Shown: piece after piece, positions 41,244 through 49,909 of the stretch
Position numbering within the stretch: the stretch's first letter is position 1
How the letters are laid out: every line of letters starts with the position of its first letter
DNA from: Bacteroidota bacterium
Lineage (GTDB): Bacteria; Bacteroidota; Bacteroidia; Chitinophagales; JADIYW01
Assembly: GCA_039797705.1 (NCBI GenBank)
Contig: JBDKHK010000152.1
Span: forward strand, 4,892-68,891
Reading direction: 5' to 3'
DNA length: 64,000 nucleotides
The notes under the pieces: model-generated
What the model saw: the letters and a program-made list of their open reading frames with translations, nothing else
The model's database searches: none
What the model was told of the DNA's origin: nothing
Program-made: the position numbers and the translations under genes

Positions 41244-41590
41244 AAGACGCTACAAAAATACGACATATTTAGAGTATGAAAGATTATCTAAAAATAAAAT
41301 AGCTGTTTATTTTTAATATCTTTTTAACTTAAATTTGATTTGCCCAACAAAACCTTCTCTCACTAGCGGACGTAAGTGGGATATTGATTTTAGATAGGGG
41401 GCGAATATGGCGAAATGCATCCAGCAGTTTTCTAAATATTATTCTAATAACTGCCAGTAAACAAATATTGTAATCCATGACAACCTAAAAAATTGCACCC
41501 TGCGGTATTTGCTAAAATTTTAACACCTTTTCATATATCTGTTGTGTGAACTAACGGAGAGTTGAGTATATTTAACACCATAAACTATCT

Positions 41591-43411
41591 ATGAAAACAA
41601 GATACCAATTTTTTCGAGTCGTTTTATTACTTCTGTTTCTTATTTTAACCATAGGTGTATTTGCTGCTGCTGGCGGTGGTGGCGGTGGTCATTCTAGTGG
41701 TGGCGGCGATGGTGGCGGCGATGGAGGGGCTATTTTCTATTTAATATATATGTTGCTTCGGCTCATTTTCATGTTGCCATTTCCAATTAATATTATTGTT
41801 TTGGGGATTGTTGTTTTCATTATTTATAAAATTGCAAAAAATTATCAAGCATCGAGTGGTTTGAATTCTATCCCAAATTATTCTGGAAACAATGCATCTT
41901 TTTCACAAAAGAAAGATTCTATTTCATCCGAATTTTTAACTGCTAATGCAAATTTTAATACTGAAGGATTTAAAGATAAAGTACGTACTGCCTTCGTTGC
42001 TATTCAAAATGCATGGATGCAGCAAGATTTATCTAAGGTTCGAAAATGGATTTCAGATGGGGTTTATCAGCGTTTCAATACGCAATTTATTATGATGAAA
42101 CAAATAGAACAAGTCAACGAAATTTCCAATATCAGCATACAACAAATTTTTATAGACGATATTGAATCGGATGGAATTTATGATATTATAAATGTAGGCA
42201 TTCAATATTCTATGTACGATGGATTTGTTTCCAAAAAATATACACAACTAAACGATGGAGGCCCTTTAAATGCATTGGAATATTGGTCTTTCATTAAAAA
42301 AACAGGTGTCAAAGAAAAAGATTTATACCACACGACTAACTGCCCAAATTGCGGGGGAAATTTGCCTAATGATGGAGGTGAAACTGCCAAATGTCCATAT
42401 TGTTCTACCATTACTTATTTAGGTGATTATGATTGGATTTTGGCAGAAATCACACAACCAGATGATTATTTTAATTCCAATTCTAAATACGAAAAACAAG
42501 GAAAATTTTCTAAAAAAATACGAGAACAATTAGCAGAAAACAAAGATTTTTCCTTACAACTTTTAGAAGATAAAGCTAGCAATGGTTACTTGCAAATGAT
42601 GACGGCATTAGTATTAAAAAGACCAGAAATTACTAGGCGTTTTGTAACGGATGCGTTGTATAATAATATGGAACAACAAATAAAAACAACCTCTAATTTT
42701 GTATTTAATCGCTTATACTTAAATCACGTTACTGCATTTGATTTTTACAAAGAAAACAACAAAGACAATATCGTAATTGCTTTAAAATACTCTTCTCAAC
42801 GAATAAGAAATATTGATAGTTCACCACAATTTGATACTAGCATTATTTCACAAGATGAGGTATTGATTATGAGCAGAGACAGTGGTGTTGATGAGTCGAA
42901 AAAAGGCTCTTTGTATGCACACAGTTGCCCAAATTGCGGTGCTCCTATTACAGATACAATTGATACGAAATGTTCGTATTGTGATGCGCAACTAAACAGC
43001 ACCAAATATGAATGGATTATTAGTGAATGGATGAACGCAAATGAGTACAACACTTTCAGGCAATCAAAATCAGGCAGCATGACTGTTGACAATAACATCA
43101 ATGTATTGGATGAATTATTTAAAGTACGAGATTATGCTTTAAATAATGTATTGATGATAATGGCTGCAGATGGAAAAATTACCGAAGAAGAAATAGCTTA
43201 CATCAATATGCTGGCTTCCAAATGGAATTATGACCGCAATAAAATTCAAGGGTTTTTACAATTAGCAAAAAACAATAAATTAGTTTTGCGCATGCCGCCA
43301 GATGATAAGCAAAAGAAAAAAATTATAGCACTGATGGAAACGGCTGCTCAATTAGACAACACCGTTACGCCTGAAGAAAAAGCCTTATTGGAACAAGTAA
43401 AAAACTTGTAA
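41591..43411 (+). CDS. Membrane-anchored protein: Gly-rich N-terminus, two [Tim44-like domain + C4 zinc ribbon] modules, C-terminal TerB-like domain
   Basis: 606 aa. One TM helix, then GGGGGGHSSGGGDGGGDGG, then two more TM helices. Tim44-like module 1 is FNTEGFKDKVRTAFVAIQNAWMQQDLSKVRKWISDGVYQRF...EYWSFIKK, followed by CPNCGG...CPYC (42341..42403). Module 2 ends in CPNCGA...CSYC (42925..42982). The C-terminal ALNNVLMIMAADGKITEEEIAYIN ... TPEEKALLEQV is TerB-like. Confidence 0.7.
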   Translation: MKTRYQFFRVVLLLLFLILTIGVFAAAGGGGGGHSSGGGDGGGDGGAIFYLIYMLLRLIFMLPFPINIIVLGIVVFIIYKIAKNYQASSGLNSIPNYSGNNASFSQKKDSISSEFLTANANFNTEGFKDKVRTAFVAIQNAWMQQDLSKVRKWISDGVYQRFNTQFIMMKQIEQVNEISNISIQQIFIDDIESDGIYDIINVGIQYSMYDGFVSKKYTQLNDGGPLNALEYWSFIKKTGVKEKDLYHTTNCPNCGGNLPNDGGETAKCPYCSTITYLGDYDWILAEITQPDDYFNSNSKYEKQGKFSKKIREQLAENKDFSLQLLEDKASNGYLQMMTALVLKRPEITRRFVTDALYNNMEQQIKTTSNFVFNRLYLNHVTAFDFYKENNKDNIVIALKYSSQRIRNIDSSPQFDTSIISQDEVLIMSRDSGVDESKKGSLYAHSCPNCGAPITDTIDTKCSYCDAQLNSTKYEWIISEWMNANEYNTFRQSKSGSMTVDNNINVLDELFKVRDYALNNVLMIMAADGKITEEEIAYINMLASKWNYDRNKIQGFLQLAKNNKLVLRMPPDDKQKKKIIALMETAAQLDNTVTPEEKALLEQVKNL

Positions 43412-43453
43412 GCTTCATCTATTTAATAAATCAAAAAAATGATGGGAAAACTA

Positions 43454-44116
43454 CTACCCCACACCTTCTACTAATTCATCTCGGGTAATTAATCTATTTT
43501 GAATGGCATACACTATCATCTCTGAAGAAGAATTTATTTTCAACTTCTTCATAATATTTTTCTTGTGCGTATAAATTGTATGGGTACTTAAGAAGAGATG
43601 TTCTGCAATCGTTTTAGCCGCCCAACCTTTAGCTGTTAGTTTTATAATTTCTGTTTCCCGCAGGGAGAGATTTAATGGTTTGCAATTATCCTCATTCACA
43701 TGCAAGTGTTTTTCGATAATAATATCTATTACTTTATGGCACAAGAATTTTTCATTTTTTGCCGTTGCATAAATTGCTCCTATTATTTCTTCCTTGTCAC
43801 ATTCTTTTGTCAAAAAGCTAATCACCCCTTTTTCGATAGCACTGTAAATGCTTGGTTTTGAATTATCATCTGAGATTACTAAAAAGTTAGTAGTTGGCGA
43901 TATTCTCTTAACCAATTGAATGTCTTCTTGAGAGAAATATTTTTCACTTTTATAGTCAAAAATAATCACATCTGGGTGGTGCTCTTTGGTGAGGAATAAT
44001 AATTCTTTAGAATTAGACGCTTCGCCAATAACATTGAAATCTTTTACCGAAGCCAGCAAGTTCGTCAAGCCGACACGGATTAAATATTGAGCATCTGCAA
44101 TAAGAATACGAATCAT
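43454..44116 (-). CDS. LuxR/NarL-family response regulator (REC + HTH), no kinase nearby
   Basis: The ORF track gives 43454..44155. I prefer the Met at 44116 (MIRILIADAQYLIRVGL). The receiver domain has the phospho-acceptor context PDVIIFDY, and the LuxR HTH reads LSLRETEIIKLTAKGWAAKTIAEHLFLSTHTIYTHKKNIMKKL. Confidence 0.85.
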   Translation of the reverse strand: MIRILIADAQYLIRVGLTNLLASVKDFNVIGEASNSKELLFLTKEHHPDVIIFDYKSEKYFSQEDIQLVKRISPTTNFLVISDDNSKPSIYSAIEKGVISFLTKECDKEEIIGAIYATAKNEKFLCHKVIDIIIEKHLHVNEDNCKPLNLSLRETEIIKLTAKGWAAKTIAEHLFLSTHTIYTHKKNIMKKLKINSSSEMIVYAIQNRLITRDELVEGVG

Positions 44117-44379
44117 TCGTATCAAAAATAGATATTTATAAATAAAAATGCACAAAGAGCAGATTAATAAAAGATAATTAATAATGAGCTTGTTATGGTT
44201 TTTTCTTTACAAGAATCGTCTGTCTATTAACTCATCGTCAGAAAATTAACGTTTATATCTCGTTTTCTTATCAAAATTTTATGTACTTTCATTCGTTTTT
44301 TATTTTTTCTAAAAACAAACTATATCAACTGGAGGGTGTTTATAGAATAACAACTGCACAAGTGATTGATATTTAATAT

Positions 44380-45681
44380 ATGTTTGCTGTAATTGACTTA
44401 GAAACCACAGGTGGAAATCCAAACTCGGAGCGGATTATCGAGATTGGAATTGTATTGCACGATGGTAAACAAAAAATTGGAGAATACACTACGCTTATTA
44501 ATCCCGAAAAGGAAATCAGTGGTTTTATTTCAACCTTTACGGGCATCACTAATTCGATGGTGAAAAACGCACCCAAGTTTGTAGAAGTAGCAGATACTGT
44601 ATTAGAACTGTTGGAAGGGAAAATTATTGTAGCACACAATGCTCGTTTTGATTACAACTTCATTAAAAGTGAATTTAGAAGAATCAATATTCCGTTTATA
44701 AAAAAAAATATATGCACGGTGCAACTTAGCCGTAAGATTTTTCCTCACTTTAAATCCTATAGTTTAGGCAATATTTGCAGAGATTTGGATATTCATATAA
44801 GCAATCGCCACAGAGCGTTTGGAGATGCTTCTGCCACGGCTATTTTATTGGAAAAATTATTAGAAAATGACATTCATCATTACATCCAGAACTTTCTAAA
44901 AGAGGATATTTCAACCATACATTTACCCCAATTATTAAACCCAAAAATAATAGAAATTTTGCCAGAAGAAGTAGGCGTTTTTTACCTACACGACACGCAG
45001 GGAAATGTTATTTATTTAGATAAATCTAAAAATATTCGAGAACGAATTTTTACGTTGTTAACTGAAAAATTAGGAGATAAATCAACTTTATTACACAAGG
45101 AAGTAGCCGACATTAGCTTTGAACTTACGGGAAATGAACTCATCGCTTCTTTGTTAGAAAATACTGAAATCAAAAAATTATCTCCAAAATACAACCGTCC
45201 TGTTTCCACCTCTTTTTATAAATATGGAATCTTTTCAGAAAAAGACACAGAAGGGTTTCAGCATTTAATGGTGAGGATTTTGGGTGAAGAAGATCATCCA
45301 TTACTAAAGTTTTCTTCTAAATTCAAAGCGGAAAAAATGATGCATACTATACTCACTAATTTCCGATTAGAACCTACTTTCAAAAAAATAGACGATGCCT
45401 TGCATTACAACAAGCGCATGCAGGAAATATTATCCAAATTCATTTTCCCACATAATAATTTCTTCATTATAGATACTGGACGTGGTGGCACGGAGCGTTC
45501 TGCCATTCAAATTGAAAATAGAGAATATATAGGATACGGATTTTTTGAACCTGCTTACATTCAGCATCCAGAGGAGTTGAAAGATTTAATTCAACTTTCA
45601 TCTACTGCATTGGACCACAAAAAAATTATTCAAAATTATATCAAAAAAAACACTAAAAACATTGAATTAATTACCTATTAA
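44380..45681 (+). CDS. DnaQ-like DEDDh 3'-5' exonuclease fused to a GIY-YIG nuclease domain
   Basis: 433 aa. Exonuclease motifs: FAVIDLETTGG, VAHNARFDYNF and HRAFGDA. GIY-YIG motifs: GVFYLHDTQGNVIYLDKSKNIRERI and ENTEIKKLSPKYNRP. Confidence 0.85.
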   Translation: MFAVIDLETTGGNPNSERIIEIGIVLHDGKQKIGEYTTLINPEKEISGFISTFTGITNSMVKNAPKFVEVADTVLELLEGKIIVAHNARFDYNFIKSEFRRINIPFIKKNICTVQLSRKIFPHFKSYSLGNICRDLDIHISNRHRAFGDASATAILLEKLLENDIHHYIQNFLKEDISTIHLPQLLNPKIIEILPEEVGVFYLHDTQGNVIYLDKSKNIRERIFTLLTEKLGDKSTLLHKEVADISFELTGNELIASLLENTEIKKLSPKYNRPVSTSFYKYGIFSEKDTEGFQHLMVRILGEEDHPLLKFSSKFKAEKMMHTILTNFRLEPTFKKIDDALHYNKRMQEILSKFIFPHNNFFIIDTGRGGTERSAIQIENREYIGYGFFEPAYIQHPEELKDLIQLSSTALDHKKIIQNYIKKNTKNIELITY

Positions 45682-46217
45682 TGTTGAATTGTATTGATGT
45701 TTTTTTTGAAAATATATTTATCCAATTGGCGCTGCTTAAAGATAGCATACACAATTCTTATCTGCAAAAGCAATACTAACATCATAGCAATCACTCCCGA
45801 AAAAATTACTAATTGTTTTAAATACAATAAATCATCCAATTCTGTCCCCGATTTTATATGTTGAAATACGTTAGCAGGCAAGGTTAAATTATAATCGTCG
45901 AACACTTTGCTATAGGTGAAATATTGTTTTAGTAAATAAAAAAACAACGGCACATTAATAATAAACAATCCAATTTTTACAAAAACACTTTTCATTAAAA
46001 CTGAATAGGACATGAAAGTGACAAAACGAAAATAAGTAATAATAAAAGCGATGGAAAAGAAAATATAATAATACAATGCAGAACTGATAGACGCTCCGAT
46101 AGAAAACACCATTAAATATGCTGCTGCAAATGCGAAAGCAAACCATAATACTTCATAAGTTATGCCTAATAATAAATTCTTTTTCAACTTTATTAATTTG
46201 AAAGCAAATGTACACAT
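45678..46217 (-). CDS. Hypothetical polytopic membrane protein
   Basis: 179 aa with four to five hydrophobic helices and no recognised motif. Its stop overlaps the convergent exonuclease stop (TTAA). Confidence 0.5.
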   Translation of the reverse strand: MCTFAFKLIKLKKNLLLGITYEVLWFAFAFAAAYLMVFSIGASISSALYYYIFFSIAFIITYFRFVTFMSYSVLMKSVFVKIGLFIINVPLFFYLLKQYFTYSKVFDDYNLTLPANVFQHIKSGTELDDLLYLKQLVIFSGVIAMMLVLLLQIRIVYAIFKQRQLDKYIFKKNINTIQH

Positions 46218-46342
46218 TCGTAGTTCAAGCCATTGTTAAATATCTACAAACAAACAACGGCTATCACCTGAGCAAATTCATTAGGCATTAGAAAAATAGA
46301 TGATTTTTAGAAAACGTCATAAAACTTAGTATTTTTACATAA

Positions 46343-47050
46343 ATGAATACGAATCTCTCTAAAAAACAAATTGCTGTTCTCATAGATCCGGATAAAACAG
46401 ATACCAAAAAATTACAAAAAATTGCTGAAGCTTCTCGAAAAGCCTCGATTGATTTTTTCTTAGTTGGCGGGAGTTTGTTGCAAAAAAATAATTTGGAAGA
46501 AACAGTACTATTTTTAAAAAAACATACTAAAAAGAAAGTCTATTTATTTCCTGGAAATCCGATGCAAATTACTTCTAAAGCAGATGGTATTTTATTGTTG
46601 AGTTTAATTTCCGGCAGAAATCCTGAATTGTTAATTGGACATCACGTGCAAGCTGCACCTTTTTTAAAACAAAGTAAATTACATATTTTTCCAACAGGCT
46701 ATCTGCTGATAGAAAGCGGCATACCCACCACCGTTTCGTATATTTCCAATACCACGCCAATACCTGCTAACAAACCCGAAATAGCAGCATGCACGGCACT
46801 TGCTGGCGAGCAACTTGGGCTCAAGTGTATTTATTTAGAAGCAGGAAGCGGAGCTTTAAATGCTGTTTCTAAAGAAATAATTCAAGCCGTGCGCAAGATG
46901 ATTTCGATTCCATTAATAGTGGGTGGTGGGCTGCGAAGTGCAGAACAAATTACCACGGCTTTTAAAGCTGGAGCCGACATTGTTGTAATTGGAACAGCTA
47001 TAGAAAAGGATATTCTTTTTTTGGAGGAAATAAAAAATATTCAGAAATAA
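46343..47050 (+). CDS. Geranylgeranylglyceryl phosphate synthase family protein (PcrB/GGGPS, TIM barrel)
   Basis: 235 aa. Motifs: DPDK near the N-terminus, FLVGGS, YLEAGSGA, LIVGGGLRS and VVIGTAIE, the standard GGGPS phosphate-binding pattern. Confidence 0.8.
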   Translation: MNTNLSKKQIAVLIDPDKTDTKKLQKIAEASRKASIDFFLVGGSLLQKNNLEETVLFLKKHTKKKVYLFPGNPMQITSKADGILLLSLISGRNPELLIGHHVQAAPFLKQSKLHIFPTGYLLIESGIPTTVSYISNTTPIPANKPEIAACTALAGEQLGLKCIYLEAGSGALNAVSKEIIQAVRKMISIPLIVGGGLRSAEQITTAFKAGADIVVIGTAIEKDILFLEEIKNIQK

Positions 47051-47080
47051 ATTTTCATTTTTACTAAAAATAAATACTCG

Positions 47081-48013
47081 TTGGAAGGCAGAATTATACA
47101 AACCACCGGCTCATGGTATCAGGTATTGACAAATGGTACTATTGTTTCGGCACGCCTTAAAGGGAAATTTAAAACAGAGGAATTCGACACGACCAATCCC
47201 ATTGCCGTAGGAGATTATGTTGTTTTAGAAAAGACCATTCAAAATGAGTTTATTATCATTGAAATCAATCCTCGCAGCAACTATATCATTCGGCAGTCGC
47301 CTCGCAACAAACACCAACGACATATCATCGCTTCTAATATTGATTTAGCTTTATTAATTGTTACGGTTTCACAACCTCGAACTTCTTTAGGGTTTATTGA
47401 TCGCTTCATTGCGGCGGCGGCATCATTTCATATTCCAGTAAAAATTATTCTCAATAAAATTGATTTATTAAAAAAGGAAAAAGAACAAGAACAAGCAGCG
47501 TATTTACAAGAAATATATAATCACTTAGGATATGAAGTCATTAATGCTTCTACTAAAACGGGAGAAGGATTGGAGCAGATAAAAAACATATTATCAAACA
47601 AAACAACTTTAATAGCCGGACATTCAGGTGTTGGAAAATCAACAATAGTAAATATTATACAACCAGAATTAAATTTAAAAACTGGAAAAATTTCTGAAAA
47701 ATGGGGGAAAGGAATGCACACCACCACTTTTGCGGCTATGTTTGAAATTATGCCGAATTCTTTTATTATTGACACACCGGGCATCAAAGAATTTATGCTG
47801 TTGCAAGTAGAACCTGAGGAAGTATCAGGATATTTTATTGAAATAAAAAAATATGCAGAAAATTGTCAATTCAATAATTGCCTGCATTTAAATGAGCCGA
47901 ATTGTGCCGTAAAAACAGCGGTAGAGACACTTCAAATTGCTCCTACTCGTTATGAAAATTATCTAAATCTCTTGCAAGATATTCAAGATATTAATTATTG
48001 GGAGCGAAAGTAA
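47081..48013 (+). CDS. rsgA: Ribosome small-subunit-dependent GTPase A
   Basis: 310 aa with a TTG start. Has an OB fold (GRIIQTTGSWYQV), circularly permuted GTPase motifs (LNKIDL, GHSGVGKST, DTPG) and the zinc knuckle CQFNNCLHLNEPNCAV. Confidence 0.92.
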   Translation: MEGRIIQTTGSWYQVLTNGTIVSARLKGKFKTEEFDTTNPIAVGDYVVLEKTIQNEFIIIEINPRSNYIIRQSPRNKHQRHIIASNIDLALLIVTVSQPRTSLGFIDRFIAAAASFHIPVKIILNKIDLLKKEKEQEQAAYLQEIYNHLGYEVINASTKTGEGLEQIKNILSNKTTLIAGHSGVGKSTIVNIIQPELNLKTGKISEKWGKGMHTTTFAAMFEIMPNSFIIDTPGIKEFMLLQVEPEEVSGYFIEIKKYAENCQFNNCLHLNEPNCAVKTAVETLQIAPTRYENYLNLLQDIQDINYWERK

Positions 48014-48347
48014 GAGGCATTTTTCCATTGGTCAATTCTTTTGACAAACCAATTATTTCGTGCAATCTATCATAGTTAATGGAATAAAAAATAAACTTAC
48101 CGTTTCGCACTGTTTTCACTACTCCAGATTTTCTTAAAACAGTCAAATGCTGCGATGCAACAGACTGCTCCAAACGCAAGCGCGCATAAATATGCGTCAC
48201 CGTCATTGTTTTCTCTTGATGAATTAAATTAAGTATCTCATAACGCAATTTATGATGAATTGCTCTCAATACATCCATAGAATTTCGTATTGTTTTAAAA
48301 TCAATATTCAAGTGTGTGTCTATTTGTATTTGTGCCTCCATAAGCAT
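47991..48347 (-). CDS. ArsR/SmtB-family winged-helix transcriptional regulator
   Basis: 118 aa. Contains LRAIHHKLRYEILNLI ... EQSVASQHLTVLRKSGVVKTVRNGKFIFYSIN. Its 3' end overlaps rsgA by 23 nt (convergent). Confidence 0.8.
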   Translation of the reverse strand: MLMEAQIQIDTHLNIDFKTIRNSMDVLRAIHHKLRYEILNLIHQEKTMTVTHIYARLRLEQSVASQHLTVLRKSGVVKTVRNGKFIFYSINYDRLHEIIGLSKELTNGKMPLTFAPNN

Positions 48348-48498
48348 TTAATTATTTTACAAATGACATAATCTAAAAACGTGCCAATTTTTATGATATT
48401 TTATTAAAATTGAATTATTATTATATCTATAAATGAAAATAATTTTATTACACAAGCATTATTCATGTAATTTATATTATAAATAATAAATATTGAAG

Positions 48499-49881
48499 TT
48501 ATTTCATCACTTGTTTTACCAAGCCTAATTTGCCTACATACGGCGGATAGCGCAAGGGAACATCGGGCCAAGTAACCTTATGGCAAATTCCTTTTTTATG
48601 TGTAAATGTATCGAAACTAAATTTGCCATGATATGCTCCTATTCCACTATTGCCCACTCCACCAAATGGCAATCCATCGTTTACAAAATGAGCAAGCGTA
48701 TCGTTAATACAGCCTCCGCCAAACTGCACGGTATGCAGGCATTTTTGCTGATTAGCGTAGTTGTTGGAAAAGATGTAAAAGGCTAATGGTTTCTCAAATT
48801 TTTTTACAATGCTGATAGCTTCATCTATCGAATGAATAGTAAGCACAGGAAGAATTGGTCCAAAGATTTCATCACGCATCAACGGATGCTCCAACGAATC
48901 TATTTCTATCAATGTAGGTGCAATGTATCTCGTATCTTCGTCTGTTTTTCCTCCGGTAATAATTTTTCCATCTGTAATCATAGAAGACAAACGGTTAAAA
49001 TGTTTATCATTAATAATTCTTGGAAAATCGGCACTGTCTTGCGGATTATTTCCATAAAATTCTTTGAGGCTATTTTTAAAAGCTGTATAAAATTTTTCTT
49101 TTACGTCATGGTGCAACAACAAATAATCTGGCGCAATACAAGTTTGTCCACCATTCAAAAATTTTCCCCATGCCACTCTTTTGGCGGCAACAACAATATC
49201 GGCTTGTTTATCGATAATACATGGGCTTTTGCCTCCTAATTCTAATGTAGTCGGCGTTAAAAATTCTGCGGCCGCCTTTGCTATTGTTCTGCCTACTTCT
49301 ACACTACCTGTAAAGAAAATATAATCGTAGCGATGGGAAAGCATTTCATTGTTGTCAGAATATTCATCTAAAACAGTTAAATAATTTTCATTAAAATTAT
49401 CAGCAATAATTTTCTGAATAATACGATAGGCATGAATAGATGCCCTTGGTGGTTTGATAATACATGTATTACCTGCTGCTATTGCACCAATGACTGGTGC
49501 TAACGTAAGGCTGAGCGGATAATTCCATGCTCCAATTATCAAACAAACGCCGTAAGGATCATTATAGATATAATTGCGAGAAGGAAAATTAGCAATTGTA
49601 TCTGTTACCAATTGTGGAGTAGCCCATTTTTTTATATTCTTCAACATGCAGGAAATTTCCTCATAAAGAACTCCAATTTCGGTAGCATACGTTTCAAATT
49701 GTGATTTTTTAAAATCTGCACTTAACGCTTCATAAATATTGTTTTCATTTGCCTTAATGGCTTTTTTTAATTTTATTAATTGTTCAATACGAAAATCAAT
49801 GTCACGTGATTGATTGCTTTCAAAAAAATCACGTTGTTTTGCCAATATTGATGTAATATCGGAGATAGTTTGTGTAGCCAT
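48499..49881 (-). CDS. NAD(P)-dependent aldehyde dehydrogenase (ALDH3-like)
   Basis: 460 aa. Motifs: FTGSVEVGR, LELGGKSP, the catalytic Cys in GQTCIAPDY, and EIFGPILP. Confidence 0.9.
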   Translation of the reverse strand: MATQTISDITSILAKQRDFFESNQSRDIDFRIEQLIKLKKAIKANENNIYEALSADFKKSQFETYATEIGVLYEEISCMLKNIKKWATPQLVTDTIANFPSRNYIYNDPYGVCLIIGAWNYPLSLTLAPVIGAIAAGNTCIIKPPRASIHAYRIIQKIIADNFNENYLTVLDEYSDNNEMLSHRYDYIFFTGSVEVGRTIAKAAAEFLTPTTLELGGKSPCIIDKQADIVVAAKRVAWGKFLNGGQTCIAPDYLLLHHDVKEKFYTAFKNSLKEFYGNNPQDSADFPRIINDKHFNRLSSMITDGKIITGGKTDEDTRYIAPTLIEIDSLEHPLMRDEIFGPILPVLTIHSIDEAISIVKKFEKPLAFYIFSNNYANQQKCLHTVQFGGGCINDTLAHFVNDGLPFGGVGNSGIGAYHGKFSFDTFTHKKGICHKVTWPDVPLRYPPYVGKLGLVKQVMK

Positions 49882-49909
49882 TATTTAAACTATAAATGAA
49901 TATAATAGG

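Noticed and set aside
44117-44155. N-terminal extensions offered by the ORF track (also 50762..50836, 52176..52208, 57893..57922, 20201..20239 and 9654..9680)
   Set aside because: In each case an internal Met begins the conserved domain or signal sequence (e.g. MIRILIAD, MSIIKNTNVLITGG, MIRIAITGPESTGKT, MSLVFPWFLL). The upstream extension is hydrophobic or low-complexity and not part of the family fold.
48447-48471. Inverted repeat attaca-N13-tgtaat upstream of the ArsR-family gene as a possible operator
   Set aside because: It has only 6-bp AT-rich arms in a roughly 80-percent A+T spacer, so it is expected by chance. It is not supportable without comparative data.
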